DNA of 64,000 nt from Paragordius varius. Taxonomy: Eukaryota; Animalia; Nematomorpha. The notes beneath the pieces were generated by a model that saw nothing but the letters and a program-made list of their open reading frames with translations, was not told where the DNA came from and did not search any database. Made by a program: the position numbers and the translations under genes. Shown one piece after another: positions 57,437-64,000 of this stretch. Position 1 is the first letter of the stretch. The number at the start of each line of letters is the position of its first letter. Location of the stretch: positions 7,564,001 through 7,628,000 of the forward strand of contig OZ176055.1 in the NCBI GenBank assembly GCA_964247055.1, written 5' to 3'.

Positions 57437-60400
57437 ATGCTGAAAATAATCCAGTTGATAGTTTTGTTTTGCACAAACGTTTGTGTTTCATGTTTTTTGG
57501 AGCGTGGTTACTACAAATATTATGTTAATCAAGTTTTTAGATAATTATAAAATAGGACTCGAGTTTAATAGCTGTATCCAAGATAATGTATTCTAATTCC
57601 AAAATATATGTCAAAAGTATTGTATCCATAACATTTAGTTGCATGCGAAAATTCAAGTTTAGATTATAGAATTAGTTGGATTTTAAGATACAGTCCTTGT
57701 GGTGATGAATTTTCTTTTATAAATGATCGAGTTGTTTTAAACTAATATTAGGCTGATCTTATTGATAGCTATTTTAATACTCCGTTTATTAAACCACTTC
57801 AATTTGAATATGATAATATCGAATTTATAACTTCATCTAATTATCCATATTTACAAGATGTTAATAATGCTGGGAATCAATTTCAAAGTTGTAATTCGGG
57901 TTTTATTTATTTACAAGTATTTTTATCTATCAATTATAGGAATCAAACAATCGTCCATTAGTATTTTCAGCAAAGGTATTTTTATTCCAAATTTAACCTC
58001 ATTCTTATATATTTTGTGTATTTATATTATAGAGTTTGCAATTAATTACTAAATTACACATGGACCATGCCAATTTTTCTATGTTACCTAATACGCACTT
58101 GATAGATTTAGAAAACCCGATTAAAACAAATAATTTTAATAGTGCAACTAAGATTTTTAAAAGTAATAGTTCTTCAGTGCTTGATAATAATAATGAACCA
58201 GGAATCTTGTATACACCGGAATCAGTTAAGTTATATTTTTGTCTGAATATTTTTATGTTTCCTTGATATTTGAAAAAAGGTTTTTAATAACATTGTTTTA
58301 AATATTATCAAGTAATAGATAAACTTTGCTTTTAATTACAGAAAAAATTAATTTCTTTTCGAATACTTTATATATCCTTTTACTATAGCACTTTAATCTT
58401 TAATGTTTAGATGTCAAAAAATTTAAAATTAGTTTATCTAAAAAATTATATTAGTTTGCTCAACCATCTTTTGTTATACCATCCGAGCGAGATATGTCAA
58501 TTATGCAAAACTCCATCAAAGAATTATCTATCAAAGGGGCGAATATTAAAAATTCCACAATTCGTGAAGAGGATGAAAATAATATAGGAAAACTGAGATC
58601 ACGGAATCGAAATAAATTTTTATCTCGTAAATAATTAATATTATGATTTTTAAGTTTAATTACTAAAAATTTTAATTTTCATATATAAAAATAATTTAAT
58701 GCCTATAAGGAATTTTTATGATCGCTTGAAAATGTATTTTGTTAAATTATTATCAATAATATACATGAATATAGTTTAAATAAAAAGGCAGAGTTATTAT
58801 AATAATATGTATATTGAAACGGTTTAAAAAATAATGATAGGCTATTGCGTAATATATTCATCTTTTTCACTCCCTATTGTTAGCATTAACCCAAAATCCG
58901 GAAGAATCCCTTCAAAATCGTCAAAGAAAAAGGCGGGCACCCTTGTCTGTTTTAGATACATTTGAAACCAATCGCATCACGTATAATAGTAATAAAAGCA
59001 AAATCAAAAACATAAATAATATTGATCAGATGAACGATGATCCCATAAATTTTGTGAGTCGACCAATGACACCACCTTCAAAATTTACGGAAAACGTGGC
59101 TGAAAATTATAAAGAAATGACAAAAAGTTCCAAATCAATAATTGCACATACCTGGAAAAATGGAAATTATTTGTTAATTATGCGATTCTATCTCATAACA
59201 CCCGGTGTTAACCGTAATTCTTATGCCGCGTTAACCGATTTAAATGAAATCAATAAAATTTTGAATCCACCTACGGGCCTGACAGGTATAAAACTATTTC
59301 ACAAATATTTTAACCCATAAGCCCAAAAAAGGGTTGGTTTAGCTTGAACATGTTTTTGTTTATAAAGTATATAAGCAATGCAAGAATTTATGATTTAGAT
59401 TTCCTATAATTTATATATATTATATTTATATTATTGTCTTCACAGTGGAGATTTGGTTTAAATCACCAAAAGGTACCTACCTTTCTGCTCATGATTGGCC
59501 AATGTTACCAGTAAATTTTTTTTCAATTATTATTCAATAAAGAAAAATATAGGCATATATTTGTATATTTTATGGATACTTATTTGGATAATATCCAAAT
59601 TGTTATTTAGATTTTTAAACGATTAAAAATTTTTAATCGGCGTGACGATAACGTTGTTTTGTTACTAAAAATAATTTTATAATTTAAAGATATTTTTAGA
59701 ATACTCATATATATCATGGGACAAATAGTTATTTGGAAATTATTAAAAACAAAAACATTTTAAATAATGAAAACCAAAATCCTAATAAATTATATGCCCA
59801 ACTATTTATTTTTAAAGTTTTATGCCTGCATGTTGGTTTTATACATCATTTACGTGTGCCTTTGGACCTATTGGTGTATTCGATATCGAAAAGAGTTATT
59901 GCGCATTCAATACTGCATAGCTGGCGTCATATTTTTAGGTATTTTTACAACTACTTTTTTGCTATATTTATATGGTATAATTATTTTAATAATATTTTAA
60001 TAGGATTTTTGGAGAAAGCAATGTTTTTGGGCGAATATCAAACCGTTAACTTGACCGGAGAATCAATTTATGGCGCGTTGGTTTCGGCAGAACTTGTTTC
60101 TGCATTGAAGCGTTCATTATCTCGTATTCTAATCATCATAGCCTCCATAGGTTATGGAATTGTCAAGTAATTCTTTATATTATATAGCGATAAATTTAAT
60201 TTATGTGAAACTTTAATATTGTACTAATTTGGTTTATTAATTGCTTTATTATATGTAACGGTGTGTTTATAATATAATAAAAAATTGAATCAGATAAATT
60301 CAAAAAAATCGAATTCAGTTATGCATAAATTTTTGATTACTATGAAATAAATTTTGTCCAAGTCATAAATATAAAAACTCAAAAAATACACAAAAGAAGA

Positions 60401-63065
60401 AATATGAAAAAACATATTTGTAGTATCAATAAGTAAATTAGCTATTTTGTATACAATTTTTCTACAAATATTAAGTATAATTATTTTTAGCTTTTTTTTC
60501 ATAATTTGTATCGAAATAGACCTAGGCTGGGTTCTACCATGAAACGTGTGCTTGCTTTGGGAAGTGCATACTTTATATTTGCCTCCATAGATGGTATTCT
60601 CCGTGTAAGTCAGCATAAAGCAAGTAATCCAAATCTTTTGTTATTTGCCACATTGCCTATCGCCCTACTGGATACCCTAATCTGCTGGTGGATATCCTTT
60701 TTATATTGCTTATCATACGAAGCAACTATATATTACTTTTATAAGTTACCATTTTTAAATATCCAAATGTAACAAAATATATTACATCAAGTACGACTTA
60801 TGTAACGTTGGGGTTAATGAAAGATTTATGATATCTTTGCTAGTGAAAAGGTCCAATGTAAAATTTGTATATTTGTTTTTTATATTTTCTTATAGAATAT
60901 AGCTATTATTGAGGGGGAAAAATAATGTTTTTATTAAAAGTTATACTTTCTTAATTATATAACGAACTAATTAGTGTTTTAAGCAGAAATAAGTAAATAC
61001 TCATTATCACAAAATGATTACCTTAACTCAAACAAAAATACTGTGAATGTAAAATTATACGTATTCTCTGGGCTTGTCAATACCTTACGCATCCTTAAGG
61101 TCCGTAATAACGTGGTCAAACTCAATGTTTATCGTTCATTCACAAATGTTTTGGTGTTTTGCGTAACAGGTAAATTTCATTTTTTTGACTTTTTTGAATA
61201 AATTTTTTTTACGAGTTTTAGGCAAATTTTACTTTATCTATAATTATTTACTAAATTTTATTTTTGAATGTTTAACAATTTGTTACTATAGCGAGTTTTA
61301 TGTTTTTTAGCCTCCATAATATTTATGCTTTGGTCTTTTCGGGATCACAAACTTACGCTTACCTGCAATCAGGTTAATCAATTCATATATCATCTTTAAA
61401 CGCTAAAAAAATATTTAGCATAAATAATTTTGTAATTATTGACAATTTTTTTTGGACAACAGCGTTTGGCACTGCATTAATCAAAATATTTAGCTAAAAT
61501 TTTATTGTGCACAATATATAAGTATTAATATACTTTCAAAAATAATTTATATAGTGTATAATAATATTTCTTTTGCAAATACAAGATAAATTTTTTTAAA
61601 AAAGCGTTAGATAAAAGCGTTTTACGATAAACATGTTTTCTATTGTCACATTGCTTGATTGATTTCCGCATAAAATATCAAGTTATGAATTATTTTTTTA
61701 AAATATGTATAATTAATTAAAAAATTTTCCCTTTGAGTTTCACAATCTGTTTATAACAAAATTTATATTTATAGAATTGGGCTAAAGTGTGGCTTGATGA
61801 AGCTTTTTGGCACTTTTTGTTTTCTCTCATCTTACTTGCCATTATGATATTATGGCGACCGTCGGTTAACAATCAAAGGTTTACAAATTTTCTCAAAAAA
61901 ATCATATAATCTTGCGTAAAAATAATTTATTAAGCACTGTTATTACAAAAAGAACTTATAATTAATACGAAATATTTGTTAACAATCCTTAGACTCATAA
62001 TTGATTCATAATCTTTCGAATACTTGATTTATAAAGTAATAGTTTTTACTCTCGTATGCCTCTAATTGTAAATACACTCTTTGCAAAGCAGTAGCATTAT
62101 TTTTGGCTCATGGCTTTCATAATGCCCATAAATTGTTGAGGTTGTGTGAGGGTATGCTTAACTAATAAATATATATTAAGAATCAGACTTTTATTATAAA
62201 ATTCGAAAAGTTCATGATGATAACTATGGGCTAATTTTATTTGTATAAGCTCATTATGAGAGCGAGTCCATATAATGTGTTCAATGTACATCAGTAAATT
62301 ATGCCTTTTCCAGGTATGCATATACTCCTTTATTGGATAATCCCGAATACGATGACTCAGATGCCGAAGAATATGGATTATCGGGAGGGTACGTTCGTTT
62401 AAATAGCAATGGTTTTGGACAAAATGGGACAACCATTGCAAATAAACGTATAATTAGCAATGGTAAGGTAAAGCGAATAAATACAAAAATCAAACCACAA
62501 AATAATTTTGGTAATTATGACTCAAACACCTCTTCAGACAGCGAAACCAATCCAAACTTTAACGCTGAGGGCGAAGATGAAATTTTTAATGCAGCATCTG
62601 CTAAAGGTATCATAATAAACTTAGTTTATTCGCCTAATTATTTTTGAAAGGTTTAAATCTCACATTAAGTTGATTAGATTTAGATTTTTGATTTCTTATT
62701 ACTATTTATTTAAAAATTGCTTTTTTATTTCCATGATGATAATATATGTATAGAAATCTTAAAAGACAAAGCAGCCACCACACAAAGGGATCAAAATTCG
62801 ACAAAGGTAGTTTTTTTTACTAATTACTTATAATAATTAAACAATAATATATTTTTTTTCGTCCTAGAACTCAGAAACGAATTCAAACACTATAAATACA
62901 ACTAATCTGTTGGAACACACGTATATATTTATATACTATTGCGGTATTGTAGTATTTTAATTTGGTATTAATCTTTTATTAAATTTTTTTAGCTCAATAC
63001 CTAATCTAATTGACTCCGACGACGATGAGCAAATCAAACAGTTTGAAGTTGGAAAAATGCAATAA
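57437..63065 (+). CDS. TMEM87: TMEM87A/B-like (lung seven-transmembrane, GOLD-domain) protein
   Basis: Signal-like [19 protein letters not shown]; [13 protein letters not shown]; [11 protein letters not shown]; [11 protein letters not shown]|FYACMLVLY; [15 protein letters not shown]|FLEKAMF..EY; [17 protein letters not shown]|PRLG; [10 protein letters not shown]; [13 protein letters not shown]; [31 protein letters not shown]|YAYTPLLD; C-terminal FEVGKMQ*. GT-AG introns. Confidence 0.92.
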
Positions 63066-64000
63066 ATAGATATACTATTTTTACTTAATAACAAATAAAG
63101 AAAAAGCTTAAAACATATACTTATAGATATTGTAATTAATTATATAGTTTTATATATATAGAAATAAATTTATTTTTGCAATACGGTTTATAGGAAAATT
63201 AAACAAATTCTTTATAAGAGTGATTGGGATTAGAATATACATATAATTAAAATAAACCCTCAAATAAACTAAAAAGATGCAAAATATGATTTTTTATGAC
63301 AATTTTTGTGCCACATAAAACCTATTTATATATATTTTATTTTTATATTTAAAAAAAATTAATCTTAATTTTACCAAATAAAAATGCCGCCTCAATAACA
63401 AATTTTAAAAAAATGATATTAATTTATTTTGGCATCAAAATGAAATTCCATTAAGAAAAAATAGTATAATTAATATGTAATATTTCTTTTTTTGATGATT
63501 TTAATGGCTAAGGAAAAATAAAATTTTTTTATTTTAAGTACAAGTTTAAGTTAGTTAAAATTAAGGCCGTGGTATATTATGCAAAATCAAGATGTGTTTA
63601 AGGTTATATTAATTTCATTTTTTATCAAATTTCACTTAAAAGAATTCAAAATTGTAAATATTTGCTCTCTCTCATACTTAAATTTATTTATTAACATTGA
63701 ATCATAATCAATTTTTGTAATATGGGGCTTCAAAAAAATATATTGAATATAAAACGCTTATTGACAGAAAGTATAATTATTGCAGAGATATTGTCTTGAT
63801 TGTAAATGAAATCAAATTATATTTTATTTCACACTAATTTTATTTAACAAATTTTGGAATTTTCTAATTATCCCAATACTAATGAATCAATTTAGTATTA
63901 ATTTATAGTTTTTAGCTCGAAAAATGTTATGACAATGGTTTGAAATGAATGAATAAATAAAAATAACAAGATATTTGGTTTGTATTTAGCTTCTTCCAAA

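Overview
AT-rich eukaryotic (animal, probably invertebrate; taxon not determinable from sequence) genomic window with GT-AG spliceosomal introns. Four protein-coding genes were reconstructed by eye. (1) A MAST-family kinase on the minus strand (ATG 14579, running off the left edge). (2) A PRKX/PKA-C3-like kinase head-to-head with it (15057-19657, 8 exons, 331 aa). (3) A ~42-exon secreted papilin-like gene (45060-24463, minus): 10 Kunitz, antistasin-like, WAP, 1+3 Ig and PLAC domains. No TSP1/ADAMTS-spacer cassette was seen; instead it carries Pro/Gln/Tyr spacers and an exon-duplicated, collagen-periodic Gly-X-Pro block. (4) A TMEM87-like 7TM gene (57437-63065). The rest is dense in mobile DNA: three Mos1-like mariner relics, a Mag-type Ty3/Gypsy element with both LTRs and TSD, a non-autonomous Helitron family, two ~1-kb foldback palindromes, and several MITE families sharing TATA|YCATTT ends and 21-bp-periodic subterminal repeats. 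The most notable items are the remodelled papilin-like matrix protein and the TATA|CCATTT element group, including a MITE inserted exactly at the symmetry axis of a spacerless 1-kb palindrome. All homology calls come from recalled family motifs; no database searches were run.
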